The notes: a model not told the origin generated them from the sequence alone. Positions 25,783-35,181 are shown, counted from the stretch's first letter. The stretch: DNA of 51,423 nt from Candidatus Woesearchaeota archaeon (GCA_018303285.1 JAGVYL010000019.1:1-51423), one strand, 5' to 3'. Made by a program: numbers and translations.

Positions 25783-27965
25783 TTACGCCCCGACCATCGC
25801 GTCAGTCAGTTTCTTCCTCGTCTTGATTTCCTGCACCACTCGGGTTTGCAGTTCGAAAGGCAGCTTTTCGAAGCTTTGGTCGACCAGTGAAGAAACTCCT
25901 CGGCCTTCTGTTGCGCTTCTTAATTCAGAACTCCACCCCAGCATATTCATTACCGGCATCTTTGCTTTGATAGCCACCTGATGCTCTTCTTGTATCAAAT
26001 CAAGCAATTGACCTCTCATGCTGGTCACTAATTTAGTCAATGTTCCAGTATATTCTGAAGGAGCTTCAATTAACATTACCTGCAACGGTTCGTATAAGAC
26101 TGCTCCACCAGTCATCATTGCCCCCCGAATACCTTCACGGATAGCGGGATAGACCTGAGCCGGACCTCGATGGATTGCATCTTCATGCAGTTTCATATCT
26201 ACCAGATTAACTTTTACTTTGATGCAGGGTTCTCTTACTAAAGGACCATGGCGCATTACTTCTTCAAACATGTCCAAGATTAATTCTATCACTTCGTGCA
26301 TATAGACTTGGCCTTTAGTTTTATCCAAAAACAGATTGCCTTGATAGATATCCTTCACTTGATCTGCTTCTTTAGAATCCATTCCTACTGCCATCAAGGA
26401 TTCTCTTAATTCCAAATTTTTCTTTTTTGTTTTACCTTCTTGGATTTTTCCTTCTTTGATAGCGGTAGAAATCTCTTCAGAAAGCGGCTCCACAGTAAAA
26501 TAAAATTTGTTATGCTTATTGGGAGTCTTTCCTTCTACCTCTTGAGAAAGTTTGGTAAGTGTTTCTCTAAAGACTACAATCGGCTGAGAAGTTTCTACCT
26601 CTACTCCTTTTTCGGTCTTAATTCTATTTTCAATGATTTCCAGATGAAGTTCTCCCATTCCGGACATTAAATTTTCCCCGGTTTCTTCATTTATTTCAAT
26701 TTTAATAGAAGGATCTTCTCGTCCTACTTTTCGCAGTACTTCAATCAGCTTAGGCAGATCCATCTGCTTCTTCGGCTTGATGGCTTTAGTGATAACCGGC
26801 TCAAAGATATGTTTTAACTCTTCAAAGGCCTCTTCCGGCTCGACAGTTACAGTCTCTCCGGCATTGCCTACCACTCCGGAAATAGCTAAAATGTTTCCTG
26901 CCGGCAGACTGTCTACTAATTCTGGCTTGATTCCGTGATAAATGTAAACGTTTTGGATTCTTTGTCTTACTTTGGCATTATTCAGATAAACTTCCATTCC
27001 GCTGCGGATTGTGCCAGAAAACAAACGTCCGGCAGAGATATCTTTTCCGCTGCGCGGGTCAACTACAATTCTGGTGATGACAAAAGCTAATTTTCCGTCA
27101 GGATTAGTAGTCAATAAATCTTTGCCGAATTCGCTTTCCATATCTCCGTGCCAGATGCGGGGGATGCGATATTTTTGGGCATCGACAGGATCAGGATGAT
27201 GTTTGATGACCATATCTAACATTACTTCATAGAGCGGAGCATTTTCCCAGACCCATTTCTTTCTCTCTTCTTCTTCCAGTTCATAAATATGAAGAATATC
27301 CTTGAATCCAATACCTTTTTTCTGCATAAAAGAAAGAGACAATGCCCAGTTCTCTCTTGCAGAGCCAAACGCCACGCTTCCGTCTTGGATGCTTACTTTC
27401 CATTTCTCTGCAAACTGCGGCTCGGCAATTCGTTCTATCAATTTATTAAAATCCATGATTAACTTGATGAATCTTTCTTGAATCTTTTCAGGAGATAGTT
27501 TTAACTCTTTCACTAAACGGTCTACTTTATTGATAAAAAGAACTGGTTTGACTCTCTCTCGAAGAGCCTGCTTGACTACCGTCTTCCCTCTACTGCGCAG
27601 ATAAGGACAACTGTTCCGTCTACTGCTCTCATTGCTCGAGTGACATTGCCTCCAAAATCAACGTGCCCAGGAGTATCAATCAGATTAATGAGGTATTCTT
27701 CACCATGGTAAATGTGAACCATAGAAACATTGGCTGCATCCACCGTCATCAGTCTTTCCTGCTCATCCAAGTGCTGCCAAGTAGCCATACCTTCTTCCAA
27801 ATCTCCTGCGGACTTAGAGGACATCAAACCGGCTGCAGCTAGCAAATTATCTGTTAAAGCAGTCTTTCCATGATGAATATGGGCAGAGGTGCAGATATTC
27901 CTGATGAACTTGGGATTCTTGGTGATTCTGGCCACCTTCTCAATCATTGTTCCAGCTGATGCCAT
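25783..27965 (-). pseudogene. fusA: translation elongation factor aEF-2, interrupted by a frameshift near 27585
   Basis: The N-terminal ORF (27576-27965) holds G1 AHIHHGKT and G3 DTPGH and ends ..AVEGRR*. The other frame continues immediately with [24 protein letters not shown] and the rest of aEF-2, including the diphthamide site HEDAIHRG. The conserved (A/V)MPQT between AVEG and (E/K)TV is missing. Confidence 0.85.
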
Positions 27966-28031
27966 TTTTCTTTATTTTTTTACGTGTTTTATAAAGGTTT
28001 TTTAGTTTTTATGGGACAACACCAAAAAAGA

Positions 28032-28040
28032 TTTAAAATA
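28032..28040 (+). promoter_or_regulatory. TATA box for asnS (leaderless spacing)
   Basis: tttaaaata is centred about 25 nt upstream of the ATG at 28060, and there is no SD. Confidence 0.5.
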
Positions 28041-28059
28041 GTTCCTTTCTTTAGAATAA

Positions 28060-29364
28060 ATGAAAACCTTTCTCCCCATCTCCAGTATCCTTTCTCCGGA
28101 ATATGAACATCAGGAAATCTCTCTCCGCGGCTGGATTTACCGGGAAAGAGGCAGTGGCAATGTCAAGTTTGTCGTCTTACGCGATTCTACAGAGATCATC
28201 CAATGCGTGATTGATAAAGAAGCAGTAGGGGAGGAAAACTTCAAGACTGCTGACAAGCTGCATCTAGAAGCTTCTCTTGAACTCACCGGCATCATCAAAA
28301 AAGAGCCGAGAGCTCCTACTGGCTACGAACTGCATGTCAAAAACTTTCAGGTCATCGGTCCCTGCGATAATTTTCCCATTGCCAAAGATTTCTCTCCAGA
28401 ATTTTTGCTGGACAATCGCCATCTCTGGCTAAGAAGCAGAAAGATGACTGCTGTTCTCAAAATCCGCCATACTGTCTTTGGAGCCATTCATGATTATTTC
28501 CGCGAACAAGGATTTTATGAATATCAATCTCCTATCTTCCAGCCAGCTGCTGCTGAAGGCGGCTCTACTCTATTCGAAGTTAATTATTTTGGCAAGCCGC
28601 TGTATCTCGCTCAAACTTGGCAGCTTTACGCTGAGCCGGCTATTTTCTCATTAGAAAAAATTTATACTATTGCTCCTTCTTTCCGAGCAGAGAAATCAAA
28701 GACCTCTCGCCATCTTACGGAATACTGGCATGCAGAGATGGAAATGGCGTGGTGTCATTTTACTGATATACAGATACATGGAGAAGCCCTGCTAAAAGAT
28801 ATAATCAAAACCGTTTTGGAAAAAAATGCAAAAGAGTTAGAATTGCTTAAACGCGATATTTCTAAACTCCGACCTGCAGCCACTAAATCCTTCCCCCGCA
28901 TCACTTACGATGAAGCTTTAAAACTGCTTAAAGAAAAAAACGGCATAGAATTGCCTTGGGGGGAAGATCTACGTACTGTTGAAGAAGACGAACTGATGAA
29001 ACATTTTGACACCCCGGTTATCGTTACACATTATCCCAAGAAAGTTAAAGCTTTCTACATGAAAGAGGATGAAAAAAACTCAGAAGTCGTTCTGGGCTGC
29101 GATTTTCTCGCTCCGGAAGGTTATGGAGAAATTATTGGCGGCTCCCAGCGGGAAGAAGTCTTGGAAAAGGTGGAACAGCGCCTACGAGAACAAGGTGAGG
29201 ATCCAGCTAAATATCAATTCTATCTAGATACCCGCCGTTACGGCTCAGTTCCTCATGGAGGATTCGGCATGGGGGTAGAAAGAGTTATTTCCTGGCTCTG
29301 CGGCTTAGACAACATCAAAGATGCCATTCCCTTTCCCCGGACTATGGTCAGGTTTACTCCATAA
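28060..29364 (+). CDS. asnS: asparaginyl-tRNA synthetase (archaeal type, 434 aa)
   Basis: Class IIb motifs: FRAEKSKTSRHLTEYWHAEMEMAW, EGYGEIIGGSQRE, and GGFGMGVERV...IPFPR with a terminal RFTP. Colinear with Pyrococcus-type AsnRS as I recall it. Confidence 0.88.
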   Translation: MKTFLPISSILSPEYEHQEISLRGWIYRERGSGNVKFVVLRDSTEIIQCVIDKEAVGEENFKTADKLHLEASLELTGIIKKEPRAPTGYELHVKNFQVIGPCDNFPIAKDFSPEFLLDNRHLWLRSRKMTAVLKIRHTVFGAIHDYFREQGFYEYQSPIFQPAAAEGGSTLFEVNYFGKPLYLAQTWQLYAEPAIFSLEKIYTIAPSFRAEKSKTSRHLTEYWHAEMEMAWCHFTDIQIHGEALLKDIIKTVLEKNAKELELLKRDISKLRPAATKSFPRITYDEALKLLKEKNGIELPWGEDLRTVEEDELMKHFDTPVIVTHYPKKVKAFYMKEDEKNSEVVLGCDFLAPEGYGEIIGGSQREEVLEKVEQRLREQGEDPAKYQFYLDTRRYGSVPHGGFGMGVERVISWLCGLDNIKDAIPFPRTMVRFTP

Positions 29365-29400
29365 ACCTTAAACACCTTCCTCTGCAAGAAGAGAACAATC

Positions 29401-29410
29401 TTTTTAAATA
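29401..29410 (+). promoter_or_regulatory. TATA box for rpl35ae (leaderless spacing)
   Basis: tttttaaata is centred about 26 nt upstream of the ATG at 29432, and there is no SD. Confidence 0.5.
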
Positions 29411-29431
29411 ACCCCCCTTTCTTCAAAAAAC

Positions 29432-29689
29432 ATGGAAGGAAACATTGTTAATTTCCGCCGGGGAAAAAGGACTGTCCATCATTACCAGATGATTATTCGC
29501 ATCAATGGCGTTTCTAACAAAGAAAAAGCTCAGGCCGCCGTAGGAAAAACAATAGTCTGGACCAGCCCGGCCGGCAAGGAACTGAAAGGCAAGATTTCTG
29601 CCCCCCACGGAAGGAACGGCCAGGTACGGGCCATCTTCGAGACCGGTATGCCCGGACAGGCCATCGGCAGCAAAGTCAAAGTTATCTAA
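29432..29689 (+). CDS. rpl35ae: 50S ribosomal protein L35Ae
   Basis: GNIVNFRRGKRT....MIIRINGV..KEKA...VGK.IVW.....K.L.GKI...HG.NG.VRA.FE.G.PGQA.G..V matches the family. Confidence 0.9.
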   Translation: MEGNIVNFRRGKRTVHHYQMIIRINGVSNKEKAQAAVGKTIVWTSPAGKELKGKISAPHGRNGQVRAIFETGMPGQAIGSKVKVI

Positions 29690-29690
29690 T
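29628..29690 (+). repeat. 63-bp perfect direct repeat, copy 1 (last 20 codons plus stop of rpl35ae)
   Basis: gggccatcttcgagaccggtatgcccggacaggccatcggcagcaaagtcaaagttatctaat is identical to 30993-31055. Confidence 0.95.
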
Positions 29691-29704
29691 CGGAGAAAGT
29701 TTCT

Positions 29705-30922
29705 TCAAACAAGTTCTTTTTCAAGGAACTCCTCTAGCGGGAAAATATTTTCTTTTTTCAATGATTTGGTAATCAACCGCAAGATAAATTCCTGATGCTT
29801 TTGACTGAATTTTTTTAGTCCTTCCTCTTCCCGAAGGGGAATCTCATTGCTGGAAGTTACGTTTATCGCAGTTTTTCCTGCTACAAAATCTACTTCCGAC
29901 TCGCCATCTCCCCAATAACTTATTTCGCTATACTGCTCAACAAGTTTTATCAGTACCGCATTTTCAAACATCTGCCCCACGTTTTTGGAATATCTTACTT
30001 GAATGGCGTTTATTAAGCCTAAATCCAAGCAATAAAATTTAGGCAATTTGGCGATGTCATGCCTCACTTTGAGGGAATAGGAAAAAAAAGTTACTTCAAA
30101 CAGCAAGTACGCATCTAGCATATAACTAATGTAAGTTTGTAAGGTATCTTTAGCCAAACCAAACATTTTTGACAGTTTATTTATACTTACTTTTGAGCCT
30201 GAAGCGGCAACTAAATATCTCGCCAATTCCATCACTTGCTTGGTATTTCTTATAGCGTACCGATCGATAATATCTTTATGAATAATATCTTCAAAATACT
30301 GTTGTAAAAGAAAAGTTTTCTTCTCCTCTGATTTTTCCAAGACTACTTCGGGGAATCCTCCATAATGGAAATATTCTTCGGTATTTCCAGAAGGAGAAAA
30401 AAGAAGAAATTCGCTGAAAGAAAGCGGCAGGACTGTGAACGATAGATTTCTTCCAGTTAGAAGAGTGGATAATTCTTTTGAGAGCAACGATGCTGAAGAG
30501 CCGGAAAGAATAAATTTGATATTTTCTCCGAGATCGTATTTTGTCCTGATCCATTTTTCCCAGGAAGAAATCTTTTGGATTTCATCTATAAAAAAATAGA
30601 CTTTTCCCTTATTCTTTGCATACTGCTGGTAAGTATCCAACACCTCATCAAATAGTTCCAGCGTGAGATTATCCGCAAAGCCATAGTCTTCAAGATTTAG
30701 GTAAAGGATTTGTTTTTTATCCTTTCCAGCGTTAAGCAATTCTTCCATCAATTGCCTAAGGAGGGTGGATTTGCCGCTGCGCCTTATGCCCTTCAAAACT
30801 AATACCTCTTTTCTTTCCATAAAAGGCATGATTTTTTTGATGTATTTTTCCCTCTTAACACCCGAGGATATTTTCCTCTCCCAAAGATTCCATTTTTGCA
30901 GTATTTCGATTATCCCTTTCAT
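29705..30922 (-). CDS. AAA-type ATPase with DUF4143-like C-terminal domain
   Basis: Walker A GIRRSGKST, Walker B YFFIDEIQ, and a C-terminal wHTH/restriction-fold-like region. It is a paralog of 48478-49737. Confidence 0.85.
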   Translation of the reverse strand: MKGIIEILQKWNLWERKISSGVKREKYIKKIMPFMERKEVLVLKGIRRSGKSTLLRQLMEELLNAGKDKKQILYLNLEDYGFADNLTLELFDEVLDTYQQYAKNKGKVYFFIDEIQKISSWEKWIRTKYDLGENIKFILSGSSASLLSKELSTLLTGRNLSFTVLPLSFSEFLLFSPSGNTEEYFHYGGFPEVVLEKSEEKKTFLLQQYFEDIIHKDIIDRYAIRNTKQVMELARYLVAASGSKVSINKLSKMFGLAKDTLQTYISYMLDAYLLFEVTFFSYSLKVRHDIAKLPKFYCLDLGLINAIQVRYSKNVGQMFENAVLIKLVEQYSEISYWGDGESEVDFVAGKTAINVTSSNEIPLREEEGLKKFSQKHQEFILRLITKSLKKENIFPLEEFLEKELV

Positions 30923-30944
30923 ACCATGTAACCATTTCCTGTCT

Positions 30945-30975
30945 ATTTATAAAGGTTTCCAATATGTTGGAAACC
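30945..30975 (-). promoter_or_regulatory. TATA box plus adjacent perfect 9-bp palindrome upstream of the ATPase gene
   Basis: tttataaa (minus-strand sense) lies about 25-30 nt from the ATG at 30922. ggtttccaa-tatg-ttggaaacc is at 30954-30975, 17 nt from repeat copy 2. Confidence 0.45.
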
Positions 30976-30992
30976 ATATCAAAAAGCAGATT

Positions 30993-31055
30993 GGGCCATC
31001 TTCGAGACCGGTATGCCCGGACAGGCCATCGGCAGCAAAGTCAAAGTTATCTAAT
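30993..31055 (+). repeat. 63-bp perfect direct repeat, copy 2 (orphan copy of the rpl35ae 3' end)
   Basis: Identical to 29628-29690. No upstream rpl35ae reading frame is attached. Confidence 0.95.
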
Positions 31056-31127
31056 AATTTTCTTTAGAAAGCTAAAACCTTATATACTCCTTCTTATTTA
31101 TTTCGAAGATAAAAGAGAGTGTAACCT

Positions 31128-32825
31128 ATGGCCGAAGGACAAAGTGGAAGCGCTGTTAAATGGGTAGTTATTCTTATAATCTTGGCCTTTATCGGAGTAG
31201 CTGCTTTCATGGGTTTAAAAGGTGGGGGCTGGATGCGAGGAATTGATTTTTCCAAATTTACTTCCCCTACTTTTTTTCTGAATATTTTTTTAATCGGCGG
31301 ATTTATGATTTTGGTGGGATATTTTACTCCCCCATTTAAAGATGCTTTAAATCCCAAACAAGGTAAAACAGGAACTGCTGCGTATATACTAATCCTTCTA
31401 TTTATAGTGATTGGGGGGTACATCTCGTTTCAATTAGGGGATCTAAAAGTCTACCAGCATGAACTTATTAAATGGCTTTTTCCATTTCAAAACGATCAAT
31501 TCAACTTCAAGCCTTTAGCTAATGTCGGAATTTTCTGGTTTTTGATGGCGTTTATTCTTCCCATTCTTCCGTTGGGAAATATTGGAAAAAAAATTGGACA
31601 ATTCTTTCAAAAAAATGATGGAACCGCCAACACTCCTGGTTATGTCTTAGCTGTAGTTATAGCCCTAATTTTGGCCTACAATCTGGTCGAATTTGATGCT
31701 AGCAAAAATATTGTTAACGCTCCAGGTATTTGGGAACATTCTACGTTTACTGATGCGGAAAAGTTCCTCTTCGGAGAAAGGGCGCCTGATGCCGGTCTTT
31801 TCGGAGAGCATACCGGAACATATTCTTCTAAAGGAAAGCTCAAGTATGGCATTCTAAAGATAGAAGTTGATTCTGTAGGCAAAAAAGTTTATCCTTTGCC
31901 TGCAGGGATTATTGTGTTTATTTTGCTCCTTGCAGCCACGAGTTTAAGTGCAAGAATTCAACAAGGTTTGGGAGGCTTAGGCAACTTTAGACATTGGATC
32001 TTCGGATTTATTGCTGTTTTTGCTGCTAATAATGGAGTCTCCTTAAACGCAATATTATATGTGACTTATGTCGGAATAGTCTTTGCCGTTTATATGCCTC
32101 TCTCCGCGATACCTTTCTTCAACCAAGATGGGAGGAGGATTTGGGCCTTAGCCGCAGCAGTGATGGCAGCAGATTATTCTGCCCAGATTCTTGTCTCATT
32201 TGGTTTCTTTACTTCTCCGCCCCCCTTTATTCCCGGAGAAAGCCCAGTAACTAAACTCATTTGGTTGGTAGTGGGAGTATCCTTGTTTATCTTTTTAAGA
32301 TCTATAGGGAGCGGTGCTATCCGAAGCATTGCTTCTATTTACCGATGTAGTGCTTGCAATCGAAGATGCGAAGAAACACCTCCTGGTTCAGAAGATTACG
32401 TGTGTCCCCATTGCGGACCAACTCCTCCAACTTGTGAATCTGTAGGGGGATTAAGTGATGTAGGTTGCATGATAGGGATGGCGTTAGGAAGAAAACTTAA
32501 AGATAGTATCAACAATTGGAATGCCAGCCGGGAAGCTAAAAGAAGATTGATATTAGATATTGAAAATGAATTAAATTTGCCAACGCCAGACATTCCCGCT
32601 CTTACCGCTAATCTTGCTCAAGCAGTGGAAAACGGCTATTTTAATAAAGCTGGAGATATTCTAGCTAGGATAAACCGGCTGACCAATGATGCAGATAAAC
32701 TGAGTGTTTTACAAACAATTGTGGACGAGGAAAATGCTCGTACTACCAAAAAATTTGCTCCGGCAGAATTCACACTTTTGACTAATGAGTTAACTAGACT
32801 AACAACGCCACCCCCAACACCTTAA
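31128..32825 (+). CDS. polytopic (~10 TM) membrane protein with a C-terminal zinc ribbon and helical tail
   Basis: About ten hydrophobic segments read by eye, then CSAC..C-x11-CPHC and a predicted helical C-terminus ending in a TTPPPTP tail. Confidence 0.75.
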   Translation: MAEGQSGSAVKWVVILIILAFIGVAAFMGLKGGGWMRGIDFSKFTSPTFFLNIFLIGGFMILVGYFTPPFKDALNPKQGKTGTAAYILILLFIVIGGYISFQLGDLKVYQHELIKWLFPFQNDQFNFKPLANVGIFWFLMAFILPILPLGNIGKKIGQFFQKNDGTANTPGYVLAVVIALILAYNLVEFDASKNIVNAPGIWEHSTFTDAEKFLFGERAPDAGLFGEHTGTYSSKGKLKYGILKIEVDSVGKKVYPLPAGIIVFILLLAATSLSARIQQGLGGLGNFRHWIFGFIAVFAANNGVSLNAILYVTYVGIVFAVYMPLSAIPFFNQDGRRIWALAAAVMAADYSAQILVSFGFFTSPPPFIPGESPVTKLIWLVVGVSLFIFLRSIGSGAIRSIASIYRCSACNRRCEETPPGSEDYVCPHCGPTPPTCESVGGLSDVGCMIGMALGRKLKDSINNWNASREAKRRLILDIENELNLPTPDIPALTANLAQAVENGYFNKAGDILARINRLTNDADKLSVLQTIVDEENARTTKKFAPAEFTLLTNELTRLTTPPPTP

Positions 32826-32834
32826 GGAGGAAAA

Positions 32835-32987
32835 ATGAACCGCGAAAAAATTAAAGGATTGGTAAATGAGTATATTCGATTAAGCCAAACAGATGTACAA
32901 ACAGCCAGGAACATTTTAGGCGAAGAAAACTTTAAAAAGGTACTTAGCCGTCTTCCCTTGGAAAAAAGAAGAGTCTTACAAAAATGA
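32835..32987 (+). CDS. small (50 aa) helical protein
   Basis: Strong SD AAGGAGG lies 4 nt upstream. The stop overlaps the next start (ATGA). It is below the ORF-track cut-off. Confidence 0.5.
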   Translation: MNREKIKGLVNEYIRLSQTDVQTARNILGEENFKKVLSRLPLEKRRVLQK

Positions 32988-34087
32988 TTGATCTGCAACA
33001 AGCCAGTTATCTTGAACAGGAAGAGCGTTACTTAAAACAGCTCCTGCAAGGTTTAACAAAAGACCCTGGTGCGTGGGTAACTACTATCAACCAAAATCAA
33101 GGAAGAATCAAGGAGATACTCACCCATGGAAAACCTCTCCTCCGTCGATGGGTAGTGGAAAAATCTTTAGCTCGTTTACATTTAGAAGAATTACAGCTTC
33201 AGGCTCAAAAAAGCAGCCGCTTAAACAAATTTTTACTTGCAGTGGAAGCGGCTTCAGACACCCTGTCTCTCTTATCCGTTATCCACTTATTTAAAGATGC
33301 TCTACTTGATCCTTCGTCTGCAGAGGAAATAGAAAAATTGATTCTTCCTCTTCTCCGTTATCCTGATGAAATAAAACTTTTGAAGGAACTGGAAGTCCAG
33401 TTACTCTCTTTGGAAAAAGAATGGGAGAACAAAAACACGTTTAGAGATCCGTTAAAAGAAACTAAAGGATTGTATCATCGCATGCAAGATGAATTAATCT
33501 CCCAATTAAAAAAAGATTTCGGCGATTTGGAAACCGCAGAATTCTTAAAAAGTAATTTGCAAAGAGATGAATTCCGATTGCCTTTTCCCCGTCCGGGAAT
33601 ACTCCGACAATTAGTGGAAAGAACTCTTGCTGCTTTGCAGCTGCCGGAAAATCTTTCAAGAAAATTGACTGTGATTAAGCCTGCTCTTGTTAATTATATT
33701 CACGCAGAACAAGAAAAAATAAACCACAAGATGGAAAAGGAGATTGATAAACTCACAGGATACATCCAAGAACGTCTTGGAGAAATAGCCCAAAGCAATG
33801 CTGCTCTGGCAGATGATATTGACACTCGGTTCAACATCTTGGATGAATTTGTCCGTTTTCTTGATATTAATGCAGAGGAACTCCTTTCCAGTCAAGGAGT
33901 ACTATTCAGTTTAGAGCGAGAAAGAGATGAATCCCGCTTGAACACCGTAGTATCGGCTTATCTTGCTAAACAAAAAGAACTTTCCAGCGCATCAGAGAAA
34001 AGTCTTTCCCGTATCAAAACATTAAATGGAGTGGCTTTAAATCGTGAAGCCATTGCTGAAGATGCGTTAGCCAGTGCTTTAAAATGA
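32984..34087 (+). CDS. 367-aa helical/coiled-coil protein, no family recognised
   Basis: Heptad-rich Leu/Glu/Lys composition with no TM segment. Translationally coupled at both ends (ATGA). Confidence 0.7.
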   Translation: MIDLQQASYLEQEERYLKQLLQGLTKDPGAWVTTINQNQGRIKEILTHGKPLLRRWVVEKSLARLHLEELQLQAQKSSRLNKFLLAVEAASDTLSLLSVIHLFKDALLDPSSAEEIEKLILPLLRYPDEIKLLKELEVQLLSLEKEWENKNTFRDPLKETKGLYHRMQDELISQLKKDFGDLETAEFLKSNLQRDEFRLPFPRPGILRQLVERTLAALQLPENLSRKLTVIKPALVNYIHAEQEKINHKMEKEIDKLTGYIQERLGEIAQSNAALADDIDTRFNILDEFVRFLDINAEELLSSQGVLFSLERERDESRLNTVVSAYLAKQKELSSASEKSLSRIKTLNGVALNREAIAEDALASALK

Positions 34088-35178
34088 AGATAAAAAAAGG
34101 ATTTATGAAAAAGAGGATGATGGTGTTAATTTCATTACTATTCATTCTCTTCCTTTTTCCTATGGTTTCAGCCCAAGGATTCTTAGACAATCTTCGTTAC
34201 GGTACTACTGGTTTAGGTCTTTATGATACAAATAAAACATTGATTGACTTTCTATTTTTCTTTACCCTATTCTTGTCTATCAATTGGATTTCTCTTAAGA
34301 GAGTATACGGAAAAGATAGTAAAGAACGCGGCCCTCTCTTAGGGATTGCCATTGTTGTTTCTTTAGCTCTTGCCATTGGCGCTTTAAAGGCCGGCCTCAG
34401 CCCCTCATTTCTTATTCCCTTTATGCAGTATATCTTCTTTTTTATCGGTGTGGCTTTTGCTTATTTAATCATCGTCTGGCTGGGCAAAATAGAAAAATGG
34501 TGGGCTAAGCTTTTGGCATTTCTCTTCGCCTTCCTCTTAGTTTGGATTATTCTTAATATCGGCAGCTACCTTCTTGTCGGAGGAGGAGATTCAAATGCAG
34601 AAGTGGAAGGAGAAAGCTTCTGGGATCAAACTAAAGCTACGCTTAGCGAGATGTTGGATTCGTTATGGGCTATACCTGGAGAACTAATCGAAGAAGAGAC
34701 AATACCAACAGAAGAACCGGCTGAAGAAACTCCTCCAGAAGAAGAAACCTCTGAAGGGGAAGTAACACCAGAAGAAGACGCAACTGAAGAGACTCCTCCC
34801 GAAGAAGTTCCAGAAGACACACCAGAAGAGGAAACTCCTCCCACAGAACTAGAAACCATTCCTATTCCAATTGAACCTGAATCCACTCCTGCTCCAAAAA
34901 CACCAACAGGAGAACCTGATGAAGAAACATCGGCTGGATGGTTCAGCAGATTAGATACTTGGATAAACAAGAACCCCTTTCTTGCGGGGGGAGGATTTAT
35001 ACTTCTTCTAATAGCTTCAATCATGGGGGGTGCAATTGGTATACCTAAAATATTTAAGTATAAAGAGGAACGGCATCCTGCTTTCTTATCTGAAGATTTA
35101 GAAAATTTAGAACGTGTTATGGACAATCCGGATGAATTAGAGTATATACAATCTGTAGAAGATTATCCCTGGAAATAA
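34084..35178 (+). CDS. membrane protein with signal peptide, ~4 TM segments, an acidic Glu/Pro/Thr linker and a final TM plus cytoplasmic tail
   Basis: MMVLISLLFILFLFPMVSA|QG, the linker EEPAEETPPEEETSEGEVTPEEDATEETPPEEVPEDTPEEETPP, and the late TM FLAGGGFILLLIASIMGGAIGI. Confidence 0.75.
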   Translation: MKIKKGFMKKRMMVLISLLFILFLFPMVSAQGFLDNLRYGTTGLGLYDTNKTLIDFLFFFTLFLSINWISLKRVYGKDSKERGPLLGIAIVVSLALAIGALKAGLSPSFLIPFMQYIFFFIGVAFAYLIIVWLGKIEKWWAKLLAFLFAFLLVWIILNIGSYLLVGGGDSNAEVEGESFWDQTKATLSEMLDSLWAIPGELIEEETIPTEEPAEETPPEEETSEGEVTPEEDATEETPPEEVPEDTPEEETPPTELETIPIPIEPESTPAPKTPTGEPDEETSAGWFSRLDTWINKNPFLAGGGFILLLIASIMGGAIGIPKIFKYKEERHPAFLSEDLENLERVMDNPDELEYIQSVEDYPWK

Positions 35179-35181
35179 AAA

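Noticed and set aside
27576-27590. Programmed -1 ribosomal frameshift joining the two aEF-2 ORFs
   Set aside because: The site (GAG GGA AGA) has no X XXY YYZ slippery heptamer, and five conserved residues are missing as well. A deletion or an assembly error is more parsimonious.
30765-31167. ORFs 30765-31067 and 30964-31167 spanning the second 63-bp repeat copy
   Set aside because: They read the duplicated rpl35ae fragment out of frame and run through the promoter region. They are most likely non-coding.
34626-35126. 166-aa antisense ORF (Ser/Gly-rich) inside the 34084 gene. The same class covers 36285-36602, 39359-39892, 39896-40171, 17149-17529, 8129-8409, 47425-47838 and 47888-48406.
   Set aside because: These are shadow ORFs on the opposite strand or in an alternate frame of well-supported genes. 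They have low-complexity or compositionally biased translations and no start-site signals.
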